Below, piece by piece: positions 34,201 to 46,800 of a stretch of 64,000 nucleotides of DNA. The first letter of the stretch is position 1; every line of letters starts with the position of its first letter. The position numbers and the translations under genes are program-made. The stretch spans positions 7,793 to 71,792 of the forward strand of contig RHPI01002533.1 in the NCBI GenBank assembly GCA_009103225.1, read 5' to 3'. Below the pieces are notes generated by a model that had not been told where the DNA came from, made no database searches, and saw only the letters and a program-made list of their open reading frames with translations. This DNA comes from Chlorokybus atmophyticus (lineage: Eukaryota > Plantae > Mesostigma and Chlorokybus algae).

Positions 34201-37200
34201 CACTTGGGGGCAATTGCAGTCTATAAGCGTGCGTACCAACTCTATCAATGATAGAGTTGGTACGCATGCTTATAGACTAACGGAAAGGACCTAACCATCA
34301 GGGCAGCAACTTGCGAGCACCCGTACCTTTAATGATTATGCTCTTTGCGTTAAGCAAAACTTTATCGCCGACATCGAAAGTGGCCATTCTTCGATGTGTA
34401 TTAGCATAAGATTTTTGCCTGTCCTGTGCTTCTGACAGACATAGCTTGGCTCGAGCCAAATTTTCTTGCATATCAGTGGCAAATTCCTTTGCCACTGGTA
34501 CAGTCAGGGCATTGCAAGGTACACGCAATGACGCTGGTGTGTTCGGGTGAATCCCGTAATTCAAGAAAAATGGGGTTTCCCTTACACTTTCTTGCCACGC
34601 GTTGTTCACATCGAACTCTGCCGTTGGCAAGTACCTGTCCCAATCAGCATGGTTAGGAGCCACATAGTGGCGAAGCATTTCTTCCAGTATTTGATTTGCT
34701 CGCTCAGTTTGTCCATCCGTTTACGGGTGGAAAGCAGTCGACATGCTTTGTATTTACCCCAACAATTTACAGACTTCTCTTCAAACTTGGAGACAAACCG
34801 AGGATCACGATCTCTGATAAGTTCACGCGGTACATCGTGAACTCGAAAGACCGTGGACACAAATAAATGTGCCAAGTCCCGTGCACTCACAGTTTTGCAA
34901 CACGGGGCAAAATGCACCATTTTGGTCAAACAGTCGACAAAAACCACAATAGCAGTGTATTTGGCTGCTGTTGAATGTAGGTCAGTAATCAAATCCATAC
35001 TGACACTATCCCACTTTTGTTCTAAAATTGCCAATGGTTTAAGCAATCCCGCTTGTTTTTGTCGTAGTGGCTTATTACATTGATACACGTCACATGTGCG
35101 AACATATTGATCCACATCAGCTGACATTGACGGCCACCAGTATAATTGATATTGCGCAGCTTTGAGTGTTTTGTGTTTCCCCAAATGCCCAGCATACGGC
35201 GGGTTATGCACTGAATGTAAGCATTGCTTACGCAAGTCGCCCGGGTTGGGAATTGCCAACTGCTCCCCTTTATACCACAGATTGCTAACAGCAGTAAGCT
35301 GTTGCAACTTAATTTGACTGCTAAACCAATCATCTGAGTTATAACCTGTGGACACTTTCTTTAGGAAAGGATCTTCAGGCTGTTGTACATTACGCGTACT
35401 TTGAGAGCGCGTAAGTGCCAAAAAAGCAGGGCTACGACTTAGTGGATCCGCCACATTGGTGCGACCCGGACGGTATTGCCAAGTAAAAGTGAAACGGGAA
35501 ATGAATTCATTCCACTTAGCTTGCCGCCTCGACAGATTTTGTTGCGTATGAAAGAATGTGAGCGGGTTGTGATCAGTGATCATTAAAAACTCCACACCTT
35601 CCAAGTAGCAACGCCATGTGCGCAGCGCGTGCACCACCTCGAGCAATTCCTGCTCAGTGGTTGTGTAATTACGTTCAGCAGGAATGAACTTTTTGCTTTT
35701 ATATGCACATGGTCTGTCATCCTGTAGAAGGACTGCCCCACACCCAATGGTGGCAGCATCACTAATCACCACAAAAGGCTTGGTGTGGTCGGGGAAGGCT
35801 AACACAGGGGCTTGTGTTAATGCATCTTTAATGCGTGTAAAAGCAACCTCGTGTGCCTCCGTCCACACAAATTCAACATCTTTTCTCAGTAAAGATGTTA
35901 AAGGATTTGCCATGCTAGAATATGCTCGCATGAGCTTGCGAAAATAATTGGCTAGCCCCAAGAAAGCACGTAACTGATGTACATCCTTGGGTGGTGGCCA
36001 ATCCTTCACCGCACACACCTTTTGAGGATCTGGTTTCAATCCTTCTTTGCCAATCACATGCCCCAAAAAGGGTAGTTTATGCTTTACAAAGTTGCATTTG
36101 GACATAGATTTGGCATAGAATTTGTGTTCGCGTAACTTAGCTAGAACCAATTCCACATGCCTGTGGTGGTCCTCCCGGGTTTTGCTGAACACAATAATGT
36201 CGTCTAGATATACCAATACAAACTTGTACCACTCATCAGCAAATACCGCGTTTATTGCTGTCTGAAATGTAGCCGGTGCATTTGTTAACCCAAATGGTAA
36301 CACTTTATACTTAAAGTGTCATAATGGGGTGCGAAATGCAGTTTTATATATCCGACAGGTGGATTCTTATTCGATGATAACCACTGGTCAAATCCAATGT
36401 GCTGAACACTGTTGCACCTGACAGCTTATTAAACATATCATTAATCCGAGGCAAAGGGTGTCTGTTTTTCACAGTTACCTTGTTCAACGCACGGTAATCA
36501 ATACACATGCGTAGCTTGCCATTCTTTTTGGGCACAAACAAGATTGGTGCACCAAAAGGAGATATGCTCTTTATTATTAAAGCCTTGTCCAATAACTCTT
36601 GAGCTGTTTTTTCATTTCCGCATATTCTAAGGAACTTAGCCTATAGATAGGCCGCCAAGGTGGCTTTGCCCCTCTTCCAAGGGAATGGTATGATGTATGT
36701 ATGTTTCTATCAGGAGGCAACTCCGGGAGTTCATCCTGAAAAACATCTGCGTATTGTTCCGTAAGTGATTGCACCACAGGGTCAATTACGGCCTGTTCAA
36801 CAAGTGTCTCTACCCGTCGTAAGTGCATAAAGTATACTTCCTCACGTTGACGCATGCAACGTTTCAGTTGCATAGCAGAGAGGAGCGGAACATTGTCGCG
36901 AGCAACACGTGCGAGTACAGGTGCGGTTAATGTCACCTTACGTTTACCCTTACGAAGGGTGCACGTATTTGCTTGAGAGTCTAATTGCAAACCTGCTTCA
37001 GTGTGCCACGGTTCACCCAAAACATCATCCACCCCGGAATACCTATATCCACCACGATGAAAGCTGGTCGAGTCTTGTGGCTGTTAATAACAAAACGCCC
37101 TTTCACCTCCCCAATTGCATTAAGGGTGGAACCAGCAGCACGTACATACGACGTGACTGGTGTGAAAGGTATGTTATTACGTTTCACCCAAGCATGTTCA

Positions 37201-39826
37201 ACAAAGTTATGGTTTGCACCAGTATCAATCAATGCTGTACATGGTGTACCCATAAGTTGACTCTCAAATCTCCATTTGAGTGGCACTGAGTAACCATCAA
37301 ATGTAGCTAATGTTGGAGTGCCGTGATTGGTAGCAGGCTTGATAAAGATTACTTGCAGCGGTGAAGCTCCTGTATCCTTGCGTGAGAATTGCATAATTAC
37401 TTCTCCCCCTTTCAGCAATCGCGACCACAGGCCATGATACCGAGGGATAACTACGCATGCAGTGACAGCATGTTGTAATTGCAACTCGTGTAAGTGCTTA
37501 ATAGCAGTTACCAATTCAGAGAATGGAACATTGATTAAAACACAACCGTTTGCATTTGTCAACACAGGTGGTGTGCTCATATCAGTCCATACATCTGATA
37601 CATCACAAAGAGATGAAACGTTATCAAGAAGTACAGAGTTTTCAAAGTCGTTCTGCTCGACTAAGCTACCAACCACGGACAATTCCTATTTCTTGTCCTT
37701 CTGCTGCTTGGCCTTCTGTGCATGCTGCTTTGCATAGCACTTAGCCTCCCCATGACCTGTCTTCTTGCAGAAGTTGCAAGTGATGGTGGATTTGGCCGCG
37801 TTGTAGGGGCTAGCAGGCTGAGATGTCTTCGCCTTTTTCACAAAAGGTTTGTTGTCAGTGGCCGGGCGCTTGGCAGTTGAAATCGGGGCTGCCTCTTTTA
37901 CTGTAGTTTGCATGTTTGCGCGAGAGCGCTTCACACTGTTCACAGCAGCAATCATCTGCATCAGCATTGGTTAATCCGTCGAGGCCCACTCTTGCATCTC
38001 GCGGGGTTGACGGCCACATGCTGCACGAGATATGTGTCCAAGTCACGCCTAAACATATCCAGCTGATCAGCATCACTGATAGGTTGTTTGCCAGCATTGA
38101 TCTTGCTGACAAAAGACTAAAAATTTTGGATATACTGCTAAGCCGGACGCCCGTTCTGACGCAGACTGTGCAGCTGGTTGCGAGCAACCGGGGCAGAATT
38201 TGCGCCACCATAGCGCTGCTCCATGAAAGAGCACAACTGATTCACTTCCCGCCCGAGGTTCGTATCCTACTGCTTATGGCGGTACCACTCTGCCAGAGCA
38301 TCGTTTGGGATCAGCAACTCAGCTACACGCAACTTCCCCTCCTCAGAAATGTGAAGGGAGTTAACATAGTGTCTCAGCTTCACGAGCCAGTCGCAAACTG
38401 CCACTTGTTTGTTGGGAACAAACTGGGCAGGTCGAGTAAGCGCCTGAACAGGTGGACCACTATCAGAGCGTTGAAGGCGCTCGATCATGTTCAAAACACG
38501 TTTTCCTTCACCCATCGATCCCTCCCAATCTCGCCCCATAAAGGTGGTGAGCTTTGAGATCTTTTCCGCCACATGAAAGAGGAAGTTGACAAGCGAGACA
38601 ATCGCCTCGCGAGGCTCCTCATCATAGGTGCCAAGAAAGTGGTCCATCAACTCCTGTTTTGTCAAACGAATTCAGATTTCAGGCTGCACGAATGATGGTG
38701 GTGGTGGTGGTCCGTTTGGTTCCACCAAGCCATCCACATCCTTAGCAGCATGAGACTCATCAGGTGCATCATCCGGGTTGGAAATATCCTCCATGGATGG
38801 AAACTCCTCCCCACGGGATAATTGCTCTTCTTGCGAGCTTTCCCCCTTTGAGGTGGGCACCGAGTTCTCTTCCATTTGTCTGCAAAACAGGCAAAATGGA
38901 ATGGTGAGAACCTCACCTATGGACCAGGTTCAACGAGAGGATAAAAATGACCCCACGTTGTAAAAGTCCCAAACAGAGTCCAAACCAACAAAACAAAGGT
39001 TGGATCTGGAGTGTCACCAAACCGAACAAGTCTAAGTGGGACCAGAATGTCCTAACCCTGTGTTGTCCTCAACCAAGTCCCAATCTCCAGGCCGAAGCTA
39101 GCGGGGGAGGGTTTCAGACTAACAGTGTTTGGGAACAGAATGTCCTAGAACCTCCCCAAAACTCTTCAAACTAAGTTTCGATCTCCAGGCCGAAGCCAGA
39201 GGGGGAGGGTTTGGAAACAGCTTGGTTCAAAACTTACGGACCCGGGTCAAGCGACCCGGAAAAGCAGCTGGCAGGTAACAGGTACGTCACAGGCATGCAA
39301 CATGCAAGCCACAGGCATGCAACAGGCAAGCCGTACAGTGACAAACTGTGACATGCACTGGCAAGCACAATGACAAGCACTGACCGCATGCAATGACAGG
39401 CAATCACTGCAAGCAATGATAGTGCACTAAATGTGACAAGCAATGATGGCACTAGCAAGCCGCACTCTCATGCACTGGCAAGTCATTGAAATGATGTGCA
39501 TAAAAGTACACACGTGCACCTGGCAAACACCTGGCAAGCAATTGGCAAGCAGGCAAGTCACCGACGTGTGTGATGGTACCTCACACGTGGAGAGGCATCC
39601 TCTTTGATGGGTGGCTTTAACGTGGAGGTAGCGCAGGGAAGCGAACTTGAAACTTGGGCTGCGTGGCGAAAAGGGGCCGCCGCCGACGCCTTCTGATTGG
39701 CCGAAAGCAGGTCGCCGCCCGCTATAAGTACCCACGTCACCCCCCAGCTCCTGGATACCAATTGAAGGGCACCACCGTCGCCGGTGATGCCCCTTCAATC
39801 CTCTACCCCAACACCCACACCGCCTA

Positions 39827-42800
39827 GGGTAGAGGTGCCCTATTTGGCCACTCGCCCTAAATTGGCCAATACACGGTTTTTGGCGGATATCTTGTTATCC
39901 CCTTGGGCAATCGCGGTCAAACTTATAGGTTAGGTAGATACAAGTGTAATACACACTCAAACCAAGTTTCAAGGCAAACGGACAAGTGTGGCGGCAGATT
40001 TAAATTTTCCACTACCTGTTACAGTTGGTGTTTGTCTACCTTATTCTATGGCCGTACTTTGGTGGTTAATAACTTTTGCATATGAAGCTGAAATGGGATG
40101 GGGTTTTATTCTACCTGTTTTTATGGTAGTAGAGACCTTACGTTTCAAGTTGCATGTTATTCGGAATTGAAATGCAAAAGTTACATGTCACACATTTTAC
40201 ATGTAACGCTTAACTTTTTTTGAGTGTGAGCTGGTGGTGGTTGTCACTTCTAGTGCCGGGGGAAAGGCGCTGGTTGCTGTGCTGTGCTTGTGTATACACT
40301 GTGAATGCGTGTGGGAGGGTTGTGATTGCTGCGAGGGTGTGAACAAGCACATGAGACAAGGCTGCAGCATATCAGAGGGGGGGGAGAAAGGGAGGGGGAC
40401 AAATTCAACATCTTTTCTCAGTAAAGATGTTAAAGGATTTGCCATGCTAGAATATGCTCGCATGAGCTTGCGAAAATAATTGGCTAGCCCCAAGAAAGCA
40501 CGTAACTGATGTACATCCTTGGGTGGTGGCCAATCCTTCACCGCACACACCTTTTGAGGATCTGGTTTCAATCCTTCTTTGCCAATCACATGCCCCAAAA
40601 AGGGTAGTTTATGCTTTACAAAGTTGCATTTGGACATAGATTTGGCATAGAATTTGTGTTCGCGTAACTTANGGTAGCATGGCCGTGATGCGTGTGTGAG
40701 GCAGGCAGAGTTGTACACGATAGTATTGCATTACAAGGAGGCTAATACTGTTGGCTACCACGATTGCTGGCTACCTATGGTCGCCTCTACAAGCAGGGTG
40801 GGCGGATTGCTTGTCTGCACTCGTATGGACATCATTGCAGCATGGCCGCTCAGACCACCCATTTGCATCATGTATGGGCTGACCATATGCATGGCAGCGC
40901 AGACCAAGCGTGTGCGAGCCAGGACCCCTGCTCGCGCAAGAAGACGAAGAGGGTACAGAAACTACGTCCTCAGCATGCCAGACATCCAGAGAGCCGTGCA
41001 TGCCATTGCTGAGGGCTGCATGAGCATCAGCGATGCTGTCTCAGACCTTGGCATCCCCAGGACTACTCTGCGCAGATACTGTGACAACTCCGCCCTGCTC
41101 GACAAATATAGGTGAGCCCAGCATCAGAGTGTTAGTGCAATAGCTGACTGCAATTGCAAGCGCTGAATGCATATGATATGTATGCAGGGGTGCTGGTCAT
41201 GCAACTCTGTTTAATGAGGAGGAGGAGGAGTCACTGGCACAGTTTGTGATCAATCGCAACAAGTGTGGAAGAGGGGTCACTTGGACTGAAATAGGCAAGG
41301 AAGAGACTAGCAGGAGATGAGCGTGCAACGCTATGCCAAAGAGGCATACCTGAGAAGAAGTGGTGGCAAGGTTTTAAGAAGAGGAAGCGCCTTACCTCTC
41401 GCAAGGCAGAGGCTTTGGACAAGGCGAGGAGATGTGCACTGAAACGAGATGTAGTTTACCATTACTTTGAACTGTTGGCGAAGGTTGTGGAAGACTTGGG
41501 AGTGGGACCAGAGCGCATCATATCTGCTGATGAGGTTGGAGTCGAACCAGACACCACCATGCAGAATCAGCGAGTCATATGCGAGAGGTAAGAGTGTTAG
41601 CAATGCCAACATGCTGTGCTTGAATGTTAATGATACAATGCTAACCTATGTGCTGTTGTGCAGTGGCGCACGTTGGGCTCAGGCAGCCACGACAGAAAGT
41701 AGAGAGCACATTACAATTATGGCAGCAGTTTCAGGAGCTGGCTACACCTTCCCACCTCTGATCATCATGAAGGGCAAACGCATAACACAAGACTGCAAAG
41801 AGTTTGGAGACAAAGTACTTGGGAGTGTGTTTGCAATGCAAGAAAGCGCTTGGATGACAAACGGAGCTCTTCGAGAAGTGGATCAAGCATCTTGTCAAGT
41901 GGGTGCCAGGAGGTGTGAGTCCTTCAAACCCTGCATTGCTTGTAGTGGACGGACATGTGAGCAGATACAGCAGCGACATGATCAGCTTTGCAATGCAATG
42001 CGGTCTCCACATCCTCGTCCTCCCCCCCCACACCACACATCGCCTGCAAGTATTAGATGTTAGTTGCTTTCACCCATTTAAAGAAGTATACATGAGAGAA
42101 TACAGAGCAAGACAAGAGACAAGGTACAACGCTGACCTGTCCAGGAAGGAGTTCTTGTCAATGCTGGTCAACCCGTGGCTGCAAGGTCTCACACCCGCCA
42201 ACATCATAGGAGGCTTCAGAGCGTGTGGGTTGTGGCCTTTGAACAAGCACGTGCTGGACAAATATTTCCCCCCTGAAGACTCCAGCATCCCCCCGCCATG
42301 AAGGGTTTGTTGGATGCCATAGACCTTGAGGAAGAGCCGCCACCTGCAGAGCCAGCAGCCAACACAGAGGGTGAGGCCACGCACACAACACAAGCCCAAC
42401 CACAGTCAGTCAGCACGAAGGGCAAGAAGAGGGTGCGAGGGTTCCAGACTGCGCACCTGCTGACCATTGAGGAGATCGCGGAGCAGTTGGCAAAGGAGGC
42501 ACAAGCTCATGCAGACAGAGAGTTAGCAGCAGCAGCCCGCAAGGAAGCTGCTGAGGTGAAGAAGACTGAGGCTGCTGCAGCAGCAATCGAAAAGGCTGCT
42601 GCGCAAGAGTTGAAGAAGAAGCAGGCAGCCCCGAAACGCATGCAGAAGAGCACACAAGCTCAGCGCAAGCATGCGACTAAGCAAGACAGGGAGGCGGAGA
42701 AGCAGAGGGAACAGCAAGCAGCTGATGCGGAGGATCACCTTACATCTGAGCAGAGGGAGAAGACCAGGCAGGAGGCTCGCGCTCTGCTGCTCCGCTACGA

Positions 42801-43895
42801 GTGGAATGCCATGGATTGCAACATCAGCTGGGGATGCCCCTGTGGGATTGGGCGAAGGACTTCGCCAGCAGGATGGAGGCGCCGTTGCCCTATGTGCGGG
42901 AGCAGGCACGGGAAGCAGGCGCACGGTGGAGGGAGAAGAAGGCCAAGAGATCAGAAGCTATTCTGAGGCACCTATAGGCAGACAGATAGGCCTAGTTAGC
43001 GAAGACTGCTTGCATGTACAAAGTCAACAATCGCACGCACCTTACAGTCTGCGCATGCATGTGAAACACACCAGACATGCAACCAGCAAACCATATGAGC
43101 ACACAGCATGCAATCTTGTGCGCACACAAGCACACACACATGCATGAGCCCACACACAGACCTACCTCAGCAGGGCGCCAGCTAACACTAGCAGTGCCGC
43201 CGCTAACCATACAACCCTGGCCGCCCACACAACCTTGCGCACACAAGCACACCCACATGCATGAGCCCACACAGGCCTACCTCAGCAGGGCGCCAGCTAA
43301 CACTAGCAGTGCCGCCGCTAACCATACAACCCTGGCCGCCCACACAACCTTGCGCACACGAGCACACACACATGCATGAGCCCACACAGGCCTACCTCAG
43401 CAAGGCGCCAGCTAACACACCAGCAGTGCCGCCGCTAACCTTACAACCCTGGCCGCCCACGCAACCTTGCACAGGACAACAACTACTGCGTATAGCTGTG
43501 GCGGCGCAAACTGCCGCCAACTACGATGGCTGTCACCGCAGCTAATCGCCTGCACAACAGCCTGCACCAGCCTGTTAACGCACAGCAATTGGCTGTCAGC
43601 CTGCCTATGATGCCAGCCATCAACCTAACATATCAGCACTGCCTGTCACGCCCAGACAGGCGTTCTGAAGTGGCCAAATTAGGGTATGCACAATTTGGCT
43701 GTCAAAGCCTTACACCCCCTACTTTGGCGCGCTACCCTATGCGCTACCCTCAACCAAAAATATAAATAAAAATATCCCCGTATAGCCTAGGTATTAAGCT
43801 ACAAGAAACACATACACTTCGCCGCCAAATACCTACCCTAGCGCCCGCTAGACCCTTAATACCTCAAAAATGCGCCAAATAGGGCACCTCTACCC
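39827..43895 (+). mobile_element. pogo/Fot1-like DD35D DNA transposon inserted in the G3 5' LTR
   Basis: Perfect 22-bp TIRs GGGTAGAGGTGCCCTATTTGGC and TA TSD (39825-26, 43896-97). Spliced, partly frameshifted transposase at about 40890-42966 with HTH (GIPRTTLRRY), SADEVG, LVVDGH-x33-D (D35D spacing) and GFRACGLWP. Confidence 0.95.
43121..43470 (+). repeat. Three tandem copies of a ~116-bp unit inside the pogo element
   Basis: Unit CGCACACRAGCAC...CATGCATGAGCCCACAC...GCCGCCGCTAACC...CAACCTTG starts at 43121, 43238 and 43353. Confidence 0.92.
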
Positions 43896-46800
43896 TATGA
43901 CAAGCCTTTCAACGGCGTGGCCGCCACTGAGCAGAGAACTGAAAGTCCCCACATCAGTTTGATGTGACCTTTTATATCAAGAGTATATCAACTATATCCT
44001 TCTCGATAATTAACTCACAACTAAACATCGACTCTACAGATAGGGTAGTTAGGAAATCTAGCGTGAGCCAATCACAGCTCAGATAAGGTACCTACCGATA
44101 AGGTACCTATCCAAAGATACCTATCGTAAGGTACCTAACGAGATCGTTATCACATTTTATCAAATGTGACACTACATAGGCTTGAATAAGGGGTTTTACA
44201 CCCATTGGGACTTATTTAAGCTATGATAAAGCATCATAGCCTTTAATAAGCGAGGAACCGTAGAAAAGAGGTTCAAATAAGCATATTTAAATACCTATTC
44301 ATACAGAATGTGTTATTTAGATAGCAATAATACCCCTATTATTTTTGCTCCCGTTACATTTGGAGTGTCGACCTTCAGTCTACCGGCGATCTCGATACGG
44401 GGACCTGAGCATAACGGCCGTCACCATTTCTTGGCGGCCATCTGCATAAAGGGACTGACCCTGATTAATAGGTACCTGTCAGGTACTCAACAGTTAAGCA
44501 AAAAAGACTTGACCTAACTAACCGGTACCTATCAGTTAGGTATCGGCGACTGTACGCTAACTGAGCGAAATTGTCAGGTACCTTAAGGTACCTACCATTC
44601 ATAATGTACACCCTCAAAGGTACCTGCTGGTATCGCTCAGTCATGATTGGGTGTCACACGTGATTGTCGTCATCAGCTGTGCAAGAATGCGTGACAAATA
44701 ATAAAAAATAAACTACAATGTAATATACTGAGCTACTACTAATACTGCTAGTACAACTAGACTACCACTACTGCTACCACTACCACTACAGCTACTACTA
44801 CCTCAGGTACTACTGCTAGTACTACCTTTGTACTGAGCTTCGGCTCCTGCACCGCCCGCTCCTTCTCCGCCGCCGCCGTTCCTTCTCCGCCGCCGCTGCC
44901 GCCGCCTGGCCTAGTCTGGCCTAGCCTGGCCTGGCCTGGCCGCTCTAAGGCAAGGAGGGTGGTTAGATAGCATGCGGTGTTGCGCGTAGTACAACGTCAG
45001 ACAGCAACTCAGCTCACCGACTGTTAGCCGTCGCCGCCATCACCGCCGTCGCTGTAACAGTCTTGACTGTTACAGTCGCCGCCCACAACGCTCTGTTCAA
45101 CTTGAAACCGTTGAGCGTTTGAATAACTTGGGCAGCCCAAGTTATTCAAACGCGTTGTGTGTGTCGAAACGTGACTCGCAACGGCATTATCGTAATATTA
45201 TAATGGCACAAAAAGTATCATTGTCGCAATGGCACTATCGTACCATTGATATAGTACGGCGGCTGCATTGTACCAGCGTCGTTGCCGGCCGGTACCACCG
45301 TCCCGACTTGCCGACCGGTACCACCGTCCCGACTTGCCGACCTTTAGGGACCTGCACTCACTGCCTTATCATACTTGACACACAACAAATAGGTCGCCGC
45401 CGCGTTAAGTGCACGACCGGCGATCGGCCGTCACTTACTAAACGCGGTAAGGTCACCTAGTAGGGATTAATTGTGACTGGCTTGCTAAAGTAGGCAACCG
45501 TCGCGCATACTTTGCGACAGTCAGATATACGACCGACGATCGGCCGTCATTGTATGTGACCAAAACGTGACTTATTTGCTATGCAGATAGGTCGCCATCG
45601 CGCAAATGGGACGACCAACAATCGGCTGTCACCTTAAAGTGCGGTGTTGCCGTCACAGGCAGGCCGCCGTCGATTGTATTTGTTGGTCGATCGCTTGCCG
45701 TCGGTATATGTTGCTTGATAGTAACGGCCTTCCTAGAAAGTCCCTTTACGGACCAATCCGTTACGTCAGGTAGGGTCAGGCACCCGTCAGTCTCTCAGTC
45801 CCTTGTCAGTCACCATGTAAAATATGCGATGATGAAGGAGTACTAGTGCGACAATTCCACCGCACCATTGTCCTCCTCACCTGCTTTAACAGATGAGCTC
45901 TGGAGCTGGAACCTCCCCAGAAGCTCGGGGGGGTGGGGGGGGGTGGGGGGGGTTGGCTTGTTGACTGTGTGTCCTACAGCACAGCATGTACACTAAGAAG
46001 GACACCGCCTCCACATGTCCGTGTGACTCAGCAACAGCGGAGCAGCTCCACCAAGCACTCCTCGCCATACAACTTTTACTTCTGTTATATGTTATAACAC
46101 GTTGCAGCAGCAGGGCTAGCAAGCATGACTTTCCCTGCAGCGGCCCGAGACAGTGTGACCCTCGACTCCCCTCGACCCGACAACTTCATGTACAAGCGCA
46201 TTCAATGTGCAAACTGTCAATGGGCCATATATAGGGTATTGATCGTGGTATGTTATGCATACACGAGCGCATACAGGCCGAGATGCACGGCAAGGCAAGC
46301 AGAATAGGCACAACATGCAGGGGCGATTAATATTACAATCAATACTACACACGGGGTCATCACTTGCCTCTTTAAATGCTATTATGTGATGTGCAATGCA
46401 ATCGCAGTGGGGTAGGCTGGCAGCAACGATGAAACCAATCAATGCAAAGCATACCATGATTAGCTTTGGATATTTGCAAAGTTAATTAACCAAATGCCAG
46501 TGCCAACTCAAGCAAATAATTGTAAAGTCACGGCACATCTAGATATCATCATGCGCTATTCTTGTGTAGGCTGAGCAGTTGTCACGAAGTTCCGTAAAAC
46601 ATGTATGTTCGTGAAAGCTTGATGAAAATTATGAATATCCATTACACCCCTTGTGTACACAAACTCATAGACCTGCTTTTGATGACGGCCATGAGTCATT
46701 ACCATTACACCGAGTTAACCCATAGCCAATGGTGGGCGAGAGTCTCATTTTCCTCTGACACCCGTACGGTGCAGGCTGCACCCTACTGAGAGTCAGCAGT

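Larger units (their letters stand above)
33237..44358 (-). mobile_element. Chromovirus-type Ty3/Gypsy G3 (degenerate)
   Basis: LTRs 33237-33774 and 39763-39826 + 43898-44358. TSD TTTGG at 33232-33236 and 44359-44363. PBS TGGTATCCAGGAGC and PPT AAGTGGGGGGGAA on the minus strand. Gag CNFCKKTGHGEAKC, ALIDTGAN, LVYLDD, ISDAA, VSMDLIT, AYRLQLP...HNVFH, chromodomain EYEVEAILNHK. Multiple frameshifts. Confidence 0.96.
33165..45831. mobile_element. Unclassified non-coding insertion (about 1.5 kb of its own sequence) splitting the G2 PHD finger; hosts G3
   Basis: AT is duplicated at 33163-33164 and 45832-45833. Degenerate terminal similarity (CGTCACAAAATG vs reverse-complement CATCGCATATTT). Many short internal repeats at 44460-45700. 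Confidence 0.55.
28394..46182 (+). mobile_element. Gypsy G2, degenerate relative of G1 lacking RT-RNase H and split by a nested insertion
   Basis: LTR copies 28399-28634 and 45959-46182. Gag/protease 28640-30457, MTase remnant about 30470-31500 (ARWECQG), integrase about 31520-33060. The PHD is interrupted at 33164 and resumes at 45834 (I-P-M|K-E-Y-*-C-D), followed by a G-run PPT. No TSD found. Confidence 0.88.

Noticed and set aside
40399-40671. 273-bp Gypsy RT fragment inside the pogo element (ORF 40197..40718)
   Set aside because: Appears base-for-base identical to 35867-36139 of the otherwise decayed G3 and ends at an N (40672). This is most likely a gap-filling or assembly artefact rather than gene capture; long reads would decide.
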